From contig CAXFCR010000082.1 of the NCBI GenBank assembly GCA_964001325.1, positions 1-11,550 on the forward strand: 11,550 nt of DNA, in the 5' to 3' direction. This document shows positions 1 through 8,100 of this stretch, piece after piece. The position numbers and the translations under genes are program-made. Source of the DNA: an uncultured Gammaproteobacteria bacterium (GTDB taxonomy: Bacteria > Pseudomonadota > Gammaproteobacteria > Enterobacterales > UBA3532). Each line of letters begins with the position of its first letter. Position 1 is the first letter of the stretch. The notes below the pieces were generated by a model. It did not search any database and was not told the origin of the DNA. It worked only from the letters and a program-made list of their open reading frames with translations.

Positions 1-94
1 GGCTATATCTGTTCGCAAATGCGAGAAGTATCTTTTACTAAGCGCTGGCGTTATAGATTAGGTTTGGTTTTGTAAAACTGCTTTGATTGGTTGG

Positions 95-146
95 GCTTCG
101 ACAGGCTCAGCCAGCGGAGATCTACGTTCGCTGAGCTTGTCGAAGC
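95..146. other. Long hairpin: 17-bp inverted repeat (GCTTCGACAGGCTCAGC / GCTGAGCTTGTCGAAGC, one G-T wobble) with an 18-nt loop; no U-tract follows on either strand
   Basis: Arms at 95-111 and 130-146, paired base by base. Only position 104 versus 137 is non-Watson-Crick. The downstream sequence is C/T-rich, not U-rich. Confidence 0.5.
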
Positions 147-270
147 GCCACCTCTTCTCCGCCCTTCTCTGAAATTTCATCATATTCGACTACCTTATAT
201 ATGAGACAAGCGATTGAGGTAGCCTCGTTGCATCTCTGATCTCCTGAATAAAATTTCTTCAACAATCTAT

Positions 271-299
271 TGACATAAAATGTCTGTGCGCATAAAGTA
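271..299 (+). promoter_or_regulatory. Sigma70-like promoter: -35 TTGACA (271-276), 17-bp spacer, -10 TAAAGT (294-299); predicted TSS about 306-308
   Basis: Perfect consensus -35 hexamer. The -10 matches TATAAT at 4 of 6 positions including the key T1, A2 and T6. It lies about 40 bp upstream of the RBS (AAGGAAG 326-332) of the first gene. Confidence 0.5.
272..284. promoter_or_regulatory. Operator-like palindrome 1: GACAT-AAA-ATGTC, overlapping the -35 element
   Basis: Perfect 5-bp inverted arms with a 3-bp A/T centre. It shares the 12-bp core ACATAAWATGTC with the site at 303-317. Confidence 0.5.
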
Positions 300-302
300 A
301 TA

Positions 303-317
303 GACATAATATGTCTA
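303..317. promoter_or_regulatory. Operator-like palindrome 2: AGACAT-AAT-ATGTCT, overlapping the predicted TSS
   Basis: Perfect 6-bp inverted arms. Its centre is 32 bp (about 3 helical turns) from the centre of site 1. Confidence 0.5.
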
Positions 318-336
318 ACAGCAAAAAGGAAGACCG

Positions 337-744
337 ATGAATTGCATAAAAGAGTTAACGCTAAAGTTGGCCGAAGCCAATTATCAAGGGCACCGCTTCA
401 ACTGTTTGCCCATTGAAGGCGAGCAGCCAGTGCTTCGAGTCGAAGTATCTGAGCTGGATGATTTGCCGATATTTGTGACTGCCAGCGAAACTCAGTTGTT
501 GTGCATTGTTTACTTGTTTAAAGACAGTGAAGTGGCTGAGGGCAGGCACGATGAGTTAAACCAGTATTTGCTTGAGCTTAATGTACCGATGCCACTTAGC
601 TCGTTTGCCAAGATTGACGAATATTATGTGGTGTTTGGGTCGATGGCGACGGATTCAACACTAGAGAATGTGATGCTAGAGCTTGTCACTCTGGCTCAGA
701 ACGCCAACAGCGCACTTCCGGCATTGGAAGAGTTTATTAGTTAA
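337..744 (+). CDS. yjfI: DUF2170 family protein (YjfI-like)
   Basis: 135-aa ORF with RBS AAGGAAG. The acidic profile and the segment DLPIFVTASETQLLCIVYLF resemble E. coli YjfI as I remember it, which sits immediately upstream of yjfJ. The same synteny is seen here. Family-level call only. Confidence 0.65.
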   Translation: MNCIKELTLKLAEANYQGHRFNCLPIEGEQPVLRVEVSELDDLPIFVTASETQLLCIVYLFKDSEVAEGRHDELNQYLLELNVPMPLSSFAKIDEYYVVFGSMATDSTLENVMLELVTLAQNANSALPALEEFIS

Positions 745-773
745 TACATATCAATAGGTTGTGGAGAAAAATC

Positions 774-1466
774 ATGGATATTTTCAAAAAGTTGTTTACT
801 GCGGTTCGTGGTGGAACGCGTGAAATCGGTGAAGCCATTGTTGATAGCCAATCGATGCGTATTTTCGAACAAGAAATTGAAGACGCAAAGAAAAGCCTGG
901 AAGAGGCAAAAGACGGACTAACTGAAGTCGTGGCGCGAAAAATGGCCAGCGAACGACAGTACAAAGCGTTGCAAACCGAAATTGCTGAAAACGAAGGTTA
1001 TGCAGCTAAGGCCTTGGATAAAGGCGATGAAACACTGGCATTGGAAGTCGCAGGTAAAATCGCAGAGCTGGAGGCGAATGCAGCAGAGATTCAAGGTCAT
1101 ATTAATGCCTATGAAACCCACGCTGAAACCCTGAAACAGCAAATCCATCGTGCTGAGCAGCAAATCGCAGAGCATGAGCGTGAATTGACAATGGTGAAAA
1201 CCCAGGAGTCGGTGCATAAAGCCACTGAAGCGGTGACGCAAAGTGTGACCATGAACCAGTCTTCTTTAGGTTCAGCTCGTGAGTCTTTGGAGCGGATCAA
1301 AAAGAAACAGCAATTGCGACAGGATAAAGTGGTTGCCGGTGAGCAGTTACATGCTGAGTTTTCAGGTAGTGAGCTTGATAAAAAGTTGACAGATGCCGGT
1401 ATCAAGGGAGAAGCTTCGAAAGCTGAAGATGTTCTGGCGAGGTTAAAAGCGAAACAAAATGGCTAA
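774..1466 (+). CDS. yjfJ: PspA/IM30 family protein (YjfJ-like; ESCRT-III superfamily)
   Basis: I chose the ATG at 774 (MDIFKKLFTAVRGG...), which is preceded by GGAGA at 760-764, over the tool's start at 759. About 231 aa, matching E. coli YjfJ (232 aa). Long amphipathic coiled-coil content (EQEIEDAKKSLEEAKDGL..., ELEANAAEIQGHINAYE...) is typical of PspA/Vipp1/YjfJ. Confidence 0.85.
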   Translation: MDIFKKLFTAVRGGTREIGEAIVDSQSMRIFEQEIEDAKKSLEEAKDGLTEVVARKMASERQYKALQTEIAENEGYAAKALDKGDETLALEVAGKIAELEANAAEIQGHINAYETHAETLKQQIHRAEQQIAEHERELTMVKTQESVHKATEAVTQSVTMNQSSLGSARESLERIKKKQQLRQDKVVAGEQLHAEFSGSELDKKLTDAGIKGEASKAEDVLARLKAKQNG

Positions 1467-1785
1467 AAAAGATCTGTGGCCCCAAGAAACGAAGGCCATC
1501 AAAGCAACACAGGTGGCTTTCGATATATCAACCGAGGCGCAACGCTGTATCAAACAGGAAGCGCTGGATAATGAAATATCACCATCGGATCAAATGCGGC
1601 GTATTCTGGGCCTGCCGGTTAAAAAGCCGGTCAGGCCTCGACTAACCATTTCGTTGTCGGTGGCAGATTATGAAATGCTCGGTGAAAGATACGGGGTTTC
1701 ACCGGCTGATCGCTTAGCGATAAAGGAAAAAGCGGCTCAGGTATTGATTGAGCATGTGAAGGCGAAACATGGAGAAGGACACTAG
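1459..1785 (+). CDS. Small protein with two tandem ribbon-helix-helix (CopG/Arc/MetJ-like) motifs; putative DNA-binding regulator
   Basis: The ATG overlaps the pspA-like stop (ATGGCTAA). Two repeats of the beta-strand plus helix-turn-helix pattern: VAFDISTEAQRCIKQEALDNEISPSDQMRRIL and RLTISLSVADYEMLGERYGVSPADRLAIKEKAAQVL. The second is a textbook RHH signature. Confidence 0.55.
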   Translation: MAKKDLWPQETKAIKATQVAFDISTEAQRCIKQEALDNEISPSDQMRRILGLPVKKPVRPRLTISLSVADYEMLGERYGVSPADRLAIKEKAAQVLIEHVKAKHGEGH

Positions 1786-1788
1786 GTT

Positions 1789-2355
1789 ATGAAAATGCTC
1801 AGTGTCGGTGCCAGGGTGGTGCTGGTGATACTGGGTTTGATGTGGCTCATTCATGGTGTCGCACTGGCAATTGACTATCCGGTTGTTCGTTATGGAATAT
1901 ACCCCCGCGAGATCCAAGGATTAACCGGTATTGTCACCGCGCCTGTTTTACATGCCAGCTGGAGCCATTTATTGGCCAATTCGCTGCCATTTTTGGGCTT
2001 AGGGATTTTGGTCTATAGCGTTCGGGCATTTTGGTCAGCTACGCTGTTTATTGTCTTGGTTGGAGGCCTTTTGGTCTGGATTTTTGGCCGCTCAGCCATC
2101 CATATTGGTGCCAGTGGTTTGATTATGGGATATTTCGGCTTTCTGTTGGCTTATGGATGGTATGCCAAGCAGTGGAAGCCGCTATTGGTGGCTTTTATAA
2201 CATTGGTATGTTTTGGCGGTTTGGCTTTTACCCTGCTCGACTTTCGCCAGCATATCAGCTTCGAAGGTCATATTTTCGGCTTTATCGCCGGGTTACTATT
2301 TGCACGGCTATGGTCCGGTCGGAGAGGTAAAAAAAATGGACGCGTTTCTCGTTAA
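1789..2355 (+). CDS. Rhomboid family intramembrane serine protease (minimal 6-TM core, 188 aa)
   Basis: RBS GGAGAAGGA at 1771-1779. Rhomboid motifs: TM2 H-x4-H-x3-N (HASWSHLLAN), catalytic GxSG in TM4 (HIGASGLIMGYFG), and catalytic His in the AHxxGxxxG context of TM6 (GHIFGFIAGLLFA). Confidence 0.8.
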   Translation: MKMLSVGARVVLVILGLMWLIHGVALAIDYPVVRYGIYPREIQGLTGIVTAPVLHASWSHLLANSLPFLGLGILVYSVRAFWSATLFIVLVGGLLVWIFGRSAIHIGASGLIMGYFGFLLAYGWYAKQWKPLLVAFITLVCFGGLAFTLLDFRQHISFEGHIFGFIAGLLFARLWSGRRGKKNGRVSR

Positions 2356-2992
2356 TATCAGTAGTTTTCCAACCATCATCTATACCATATTGGTCGGCAG
2401 TCTCATCGTTTATTGGATACTGCTAATCATGGGCATATTCGACTTCGATTTTCTGGAAGTTGATATTGATATGGATGCAGACGCCGATGTTGATGAAATG
2501 GGAAAAATGATGGGATTTTTGGCTACCTGCGGCTTAACAGGCGTCCCTATAATGATCGTCGCCACCTTGCTTATCATCATCGGCTGGCTGGTTAGCTACT
2601 ATGCTTCTCTATATGGCATGTTCTGGGTGCCTGATGGCGTTTTGCGCTATGCAGCCGGATGTGGAGTGATCGCTGTCAGCTTTGGGGTTTCCATTATTGT
2701 TACTGCTACACTTATTCGTCCGATGCGACCATTTTTTCGCCGTTTGAATGCATCACCATCCAATAAATCGATGGTGGGTATGCCATGCATTATTCGAACA
2801 ACTGAAGTGACGGATACGAAAGGTGAGGCCACTTGCTCATATAACGGCGCGAGCATGCTGATTAAGGTGCGAGCTGTTACAGAGCTTCCTCTAAAGCGTG
2901 GTGATAATGCTGTTATCGTGGAATACGACCCATCGAAGAGTCTTTACTTCGTAGTGACTGAACAAGAGTTTAAGCAAGGAGGGTTGAGCTAA
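2337..2992 (+). CDS. yqiJ: NfeD-like inner-membrane protein with C-terminal OB-fold (YqiJ/DUF1449-like)
   Basis: I preferred the ATG at 2337 (RBS GGAGAGG 2322-2328) over the tool's TTG start at 2213, which lies inside the rhomboid gene. N-terminal TM segments, an acidic insert (DFDFLEVDIDMDADADVDEMG), then a beta-rich C-terminus (MVGMPCIIRTTEVTDTKGEATCSYNGASMLIKVRAV...GDNAVIVEYDPSKSLYFVV) typical of the NfeD OB-fold. It sits immediately upstream of a flotillin gene, as in E. coli yqiJK. Confidence 0.75.
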
Positions 2993-3057
2993 CATAAATG
3001 TGTATCCTTCGTAAAAAATATACAGCCTCTATGGTTAATTAAAAACAGGAGATAAAT

Positions 3058-5088
3058 ATGGATGTAAGCATGATTATGCCAATTATTATTGGCATTGCTG
3101 TGGTGGTTGGTGGCCTATTTGTGCTGGCGCTATTATTTAATGCGTTTTACAAGAAGGTTCCTCAGGGGTTTGCGCTGATCAAGAATGATATGTCAGCCAA
3201 GCCCAAAGTCTATTTTACCGGGGCCTTTGTTGTGCCGGTTGTCCACAAAATGGAGATCATGAAGATCTCCCTTATCACATTAGAAGTTGACCGGCGTGGC
3301 AAAGACGGTTTGATCTGTAAAGACAACCTGCGCGCCGATATTACGGTGGCTTTCTATCTGCGAGTTAACGAAACACAAGAAGATGTGTTGAAGGTGGCGA
3401 AAGCCATTAGCGTCGACCGTGCTTCGGATCGAGCCGCTGTAAACGAACTGTTTAATGCTAAGTTCTCTGAAGCGCTCAAAACTGTGGGTAAGCAACTACA
3501 GTTTTTGGATCTGTTTGAAAATCGCATCATGTTCCGCGAAAAAATTGTCGAAGTTATCGGTGACGACTTAAATGGCTATGTGCTGGAAGATGTCGCGATT
3601 GATTATCTGGAGCAAACCCCCCGCAACCAGCTAGACCCCAATAATATCCTCGATTCCGAAGGTATTCGCCGCATTACCGAAATTACTGCTACCCAAAACG
3701 TAGAAACTAATCGTTTGGAGCGTGATGAAGAGCTGGCGATCAAAAAGAAAAATGTTGAAACCAAAGAAGCGACCCTGTCTTTAGAACGTCAACAATCGGA
3801 TGCTGAAGCGCGTCAAAAACGTGAAATTGAAACCATTCAAGCGCGAGAGCAGGCCGAGACCGATAAAGTACGTCAGGAAGAGTTACTTCGTTCTGAGCAG
3901 GCTCGTTTGCAAACCGAAGAGCAAGTGGCGGTTGGCGAAGAAAATAAAAACCGTCAAATTGAAGTGGCCGAGCAGAACCGCTTGCGTGCTATCGAAATTG
4001 AGAAAGAAAAGGTCATTAAAGCCCGCGAGCTGGAAATCGTGCATCGCCAGCGTGAAGTCGAGCTGGAAGAAATCAACAAAGAAAAGGCGCTGGAAGAAGA
4101 GCGCAAGATCATCGCTAACACTATTTCTGAGCGTATTGCGGTAGAGCGCAAGGTCGCTGAAGAAGAAGAGCGTATTAAAGAAGTGCGTGAAGTGTCTGAA
4201 GCGGATCGTGCTAAGCAAGTCCAAATAATGGATGCCGAAGCCAAAGCTCAGGAAGAGTTGATTCGTCAGGTGAAAGCGGCAGAAGCTGACGAGCAACGGG
4301 CAGTATTCAAGGCGAAAGAAATCAACTTAATGGCTCAGGCTGATCTCGAAGCGGCTGCCAAGCAAGCTGAAGCAATGAAGAAGAAAGCCGAAGGTGATCA
4401 GGCTGAACAGGCTGCACCTGGTCTTGCTAAAGCCAAAGTACTTGAAATCACTGCGGCAGCGCGAGAGAAAGAAGGCTTGGCCGAAGCGAAAATCATTGAG
4501 GCCAAAGCCGGAGCCAAAGAGAAAGATGGCTTAGCTGAAGCTAAAGTGCTCGAAGAGAAAATGCGCGCTGAGGCGATTGGCGTGAAAGAGAAAGGCCTAT
4601 CTGAGGCAGCGACTATTCAGGCTAAGGGTGATTCAGAAGCCCATGCTGAAAAAGCCAAAGGTCTGGCAGTGGCAGATGCGAAAGCGGCACAAGGTAAAGC
4701 CGAAGCAGAAGTGTTGTTGGCCAAAGCGAAAGCTGAAGCAGATGGCTTGATGGAGAAATTCTCCGCCATGAACAACATGAGCCCAGATTCACGCGAATTC
4801 GAAGAGTTCCGCATGAAGCTCGAATATGGCTTGCAGGAAATGCTGGCGTCGCTGGATGCCAATAAAGACGTTGCTAAAGAGCAGGCTGCGGTTATTGCGG
4901 CGGCCCTTGAAAACTCCAATATCGATATTGTTGGGGGGCAAGGTGAATATTTCGACAAGCTATCCAAAGGCCTGGGTCTGGGTAACGCCTTGAATGGCTT
5001 CCTGGAGAAAAGCCCAATTGCTGATATTTTGGTCAATCGTTTCCTTGGTGGTGACGACAAAGCCAAAGACAGCAAAGAAGTTAACTAA
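3058..5088 (+). CDS. yqiK: SPFH/Band-7 flotillin-like protein (YqiK-like) with extended Ala/Glu/Lys-rich coiled-coil repeat tail
   Basis: RBS AGGAGA at 3045-3050. N-terminal TM helix, then an SPFH domain (PQGFALIKNDMSAKPKVYFTGAFVVPVVHKMEIMKISLITLEVD...DNLRADITVAFYLRV). The tail has flotillin-type EA repeats (EKEGLAEAKIIEAKAGAK / EKDGLAEAKVLEEK / EKGLSEAATIQAKG). 676 aa. Confidence 0.9.
   Translation: MDVSMIMPIIIGIAVVVGGLFVLALLFNAFYKKVPQGFALIKNDMSAKPKVYFTGAFVVPVVHKMEIMKISLITLEVDRRGKDGLICKDNLRADITVAFYLRVNETQEDVLKVAKAISVDRASDRAAVNELFNAKFSEALKTVGKQLQFLDLFENRIMFREKIVEVIGDDLNGYVLEDVAIDYLEQTPRNQLDPNNILDSEGIRRITEITATQNVETNRLERDEELAIKKKNVETKEATLSLERQQSDAEARQKREIETIQAREQAETDKVRQEELLRSEQARLQTEEQVAVGEENKNRQIEVAEQNRLRAIEIEKEKVIKARELEIVHRQREVELEEINKEKALEEERKIIANTISERIAVERKVAEEEERIKEVREVSEADRAKQVQIMDAEAKAQEELIRQVKAAEADEQRAVFKAKEINLMAQADLEAAAKQAEAMKKKAEGDQAEQAAPGLAKAKVLEITAAAREKEGLAEAKIIEAKAGAKEKDGLAEAKVLEEKMRAEAIGVKEKGLSEAATIQAKGDSEAHAEKAKGLAVADAKAAQGKAEAEVLLAKAKAEADGLMEKFSAMNNMSPDSREFEEFRMKLEYGLQEMLASLDANKDVAKEQAAVIAAALENSNIDIVGGQGEYFDKLSKGLGLGNALNGFLEKSPIADILVNRFLGGDDKAKDSKEVN
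4440..4700 (+). repeat. In-frame tandem roughly 20-codon repeats encoding flotillin EA/coiled-coil repeats
   Basis: Nucleotide-level periodicity: gagaaagaaggcttggccgaagcgaaaatcattgag / gagaaagatggcttagctgaagctaaagtgctcgaa / gagaaaggcctatctgaggcagcgactattcag. Confidence 0.4.
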
Positions 5089-5105
5089 CCTAACAGTCAG
5101 GCATC

Positions 5106-5143
5106 AGGGTTTAACCGTGTTTCGGTTAAACCCTTCCCCCTTT
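5106..5143 (+). terminator. Hairpin AGGGTTTAACCG-tgttt-CGGTTAAACCCT followed by TCCCCCTTTC. Weak or partial intrinsic terminator, or attenuator, between the flotillin gene and the giant ORF
   Basis: Perfect 12-bp stem with a 5-nt loop at 5106-5134. The downstream tract is pyrimidine-rich with only a short T run, so termination efficiency is probably partial. Confidence 0.4.
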
Positions 5144-5189
5144 CACCCACTTTCGTATCCCCAACGCTTCAATCATCGAGGGAAGACAG

Positions 5190-8100
5190 ATGACGGATTC
5201 TGAACAAAAGAACAACGCGGTTGAACAGGCAGTTGCAGACGGCGGCGCCTATGAAGTGATTCGCCAGCGCCTGACTAGTCAGGGTAAGGCCCTGCAAGAC
5301 GCGGCAAAGTCGGTCAATCAGGCACGTATCGATGAATTTGGTTCGACCGAGATGTCGGTTCTTGGACGGCTGCGATTGCGTACAGAGCATAATTGTTTAG
5401 CGCGAGATTTGGTGATTGTTGGGGATATTGTGCTCCTCGGTTACAACGTCTTTATGGGCCTGAAAAAGGAAACGCGGGTCGAAGACGTATTTGCTTTATA
5501 TCGAATCCAGCAAAATGATGATCAGTTTGAAGCTGAAGCCATCGATTATCAGCAAAGCTTTCTCGCTGATCAGCGCTTTGTTAGCGACTTTGACGAGTTG
5601 TATGCCTACTACAAAGATACCCAGCTGGTGCAACTGGTGGTGCGTGATGGCAAGCTGCTGGCATCATTTCAAATTGGCCAGCGCCTGACGGATATTCGGG
5701 TTTTTCGCTGGTCGCTAGCGCCAGATGGTAAGGTGCTTGAATATATAGATAATCGCGGCGAGCGTGATATTGCCTTGCCGAACAAGTTTGACTTTGAATG
5801 GGTGGCCTCCAAGCGTGAAGACGTTATTGATGGCCGCAATCCTCACGTAAATATTCTGGATACCTTGTTTGTTGATACCCTGCGCGGTGATCTAACCGTT
5901 AAAGTTGAAGACAACACCAATACTGGTCAAGGCATCTACTCTGACCCCGTTGATGATAGCAGTCAGTCTTTAGATGATGCTGAGATCCACTATGCCTCCC
6001 TTGGTGATCTTATCCTGCTGCGTATTAAGCCCTATCAAGAGCAAGATTACCGATATCTGGTGTTCAACCGCAACAACGAAAGCGTCACGCGAATTGATGC
6101 CATTGGTGAGTCTTGTGTGCAGCTACCAGAGGATCACGGCATTATCTTCCCTGGCGGTATGTATCTGGCCACCGGTGAATACAAAACCTTTGATGACGAT
6201 GTTTCAAACCTCAAATACAAGCGTGTTTTTCGTTCGCCGAATGGCGAAGACGTGCTGTACATGTTCTATCGTGAAGAAGATGGCTTAGGTGCATTATACG
6301 GCTACAACCTAATTGAAAAAAGTCTGCAAAACCCATTATTCGCCCATGGCTATGGTTTCTATGAAGACGGCCGCTTGATTATTTTTTACGCCGAAACCGA
6401 GGCCACGCGGGTGCATCCGATCCAGATCTGGAAAACGCCCTACTTTTCTGATGAATTCGCTGCAGCACAACCAGAGCGCCAGTCATTCTACGGCAAAATT
6501 GGCAATGCCGAGTTGGTACGCGGCATCTCAGAACTATATAGCTTGTCGCGCTCGGTTCTAGAAGCGAATGTTTCATCCAGTCATTACAACGATTTGGCCA
6601 AACGCTGCCAGAAACTGTTTGATGCCTACCATTGGCTCACCAGCAGTCAGCTCGATGGCATTGATGATCTGGTCAAGCAAATTGGTGAAACCGCTGAAAT
6701 GGTGCTCGACGAATACGAAAAAGTCGAAAGCATTCGAGCTCAGTCGAATAAAGCTTTGCAAGAGGCGGTAGCCGAGCAGCAAGAAATCCAGCGCCACATC
6801 GATCCCGACGCTTGGAGCAGTCCTAATGACTTTGTTCAAGGTTTGGATCGGTTGCGCTCGCAGCGCGGTCACTTGCTGACTATCCGTGAATACCGCTATA
6901 TGGATATCGAGCGCATCGATGCGCTTGAGCGGCAGGTGATTGAATGGGAAGAGGAGCTGAATCAGGCCACGGTCGACTTTTTGGCCAGCGATGGGGCGTT
7001 GAAGCAGTATTATGATGACTTAGCCCATGTAGCCAAAGAAGCCCCGTCCCAACAAACGGTTGCTGAGTTAAAACCGCTGGTCGATATTCTGGAAAATATG
7101 GCAGCTGGTCTGGATTTGTTGTCGGAGCTGATGGCCACGCTTAAGGTGCCGGATGCGACATTGCAAACCCGCATTGTCGATAATATTTCTGAGCTGTATG
7201 CCAAGCTTAATCAGCAAAAAGCCAAGCTGGAGCATCAACGAAAATCGATGGGATCGGCTGAAGCCGTCGCTCAGTTTGGTGCTCAATTTAAGCTCTTTGG
7301 TCAAAGCATTAACAATGCGCTGAGCCTGGCATCGACACCGGATAAATGCGATGAGCAACTGTCACGCCTATTAGTGCAATTGGAAGAACTGGAAGGTCAG
7401 TTCAGTGATTACGACGAATTTTTGGGCGATATTTTAGCCAAGCGCGATGAGGTGTATGAAACCTTTGAAGCGCATAAACAAAAGCTGCTCGAACAGCGCC
7501 AACGCAAGTGTCAAAACCTGTTTGATGCTGCTGAGCGTATTCTGAACAGTATCGAGCGGCGCTCACAAAAATTTACAGACCAGGATGAACTTAACAGCTT
7601 CTTTGCCTCAGATGGCTTAGTGCAAAAAATCCGCTCGATGAGCAAGGAGCTGCGAGAGCTGGATGATAGTGTTAAAGCGGATGACCTGGAATCGCGGTTA
7701 AAATCGGCTAAGGACAACGCCGTTCGTAGTTTGCGTGATAAGTCGGACATCTATGAAGATGGCGGCAATATCATTAAGCTGGGGCCAAGGCACAAGTTCA
7801 GCGTCAATACCCAAGCGCTGGATCTGACCATCGTGCCACGTTCCGATGGGCTATACAGCCACCTTACCGGCACCGATTATTTTGAATACTTGGACGATGC
7901 TGATCTCAATGCCTTAAAGCCCTATTGGGATATGAGTATTCCGTCGGAAAGCCCGGAGGTGTATCGGGCTGAATATTTGGCGTTTAAACTGCTGATGGCG
8001 GCGCGAGATGGTGAAGGTCGCACCCTCACTGAGCTGGCCACACTGTGCAGCGACGAGCAAAAGCTCGCCGCAGCCGTGCGCGACTTTGCCACCCCGCGTT

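Noticed and set aside
122-307. 61-aa minus-strand ORF
   Set aside because: It lies across the promoter, operators and hairpin of the intergenic region. It has no RBS, and low-complexity translation is typical of noise.
1-336. Sigma54/PspF-type promoter (TGGCAC-N5-TTGC) of the kind that drives canonical pspA
   Set aside because: No GG-N10-GC element is present upstream of the operon. Only a sigma70-like TTGACA/TAAAGT pair is visible.
759-773. Alternative upstream start (MWRKIMDIF) for the PspA-like gene
   Set aside because: It has no RBS spacing. GGAGA at 760-764 would lie inside the codons. The ATG at 774 gives an N-terminus (MDIFKKLF...) typical of the PspA/IM30 amphipathic helix.
2031-2330. 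99-aa plus-strand ORF in an alternative frame
   Set aside because: It lies entirely within the rhomboid gene, whose own frame carries conserved catalytic motifs. Trp/Arg/Tyr-rich composition is typical of an off-frame read.
2213-2336. N-terminal extension of the NfeD-like ORF from a TTG start (tool ORF 2213..2992)
   Set aside because: The extension sits entirely inside the rhomboid gene, which has clear catalytic motifs in its own frame. An ATG with a good RBS (GGAGAGG) at 2337 gives a sensible TM-first N-terminus.
3800-4296. Cluster of overlapping ORFs on both strands inside the flotillin gene (3800..4144 +, 3883..4296 -, 3954..4244 -)
   Set aside because: They arise from the low-complexity, GAA/GCN-rich repeat region. 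Their translations are homopolymeric-like (K/R/S/F-rich), and the flotillin frame is continuous with its SPFH domain.
4617-5075. 152-aa minus-strand ORF
   Set aside because: An antisense read of the Ala/Glu/Lys-rich flotillin tail, which gives a Ser/Ala/Leu-rich translation. No start context.
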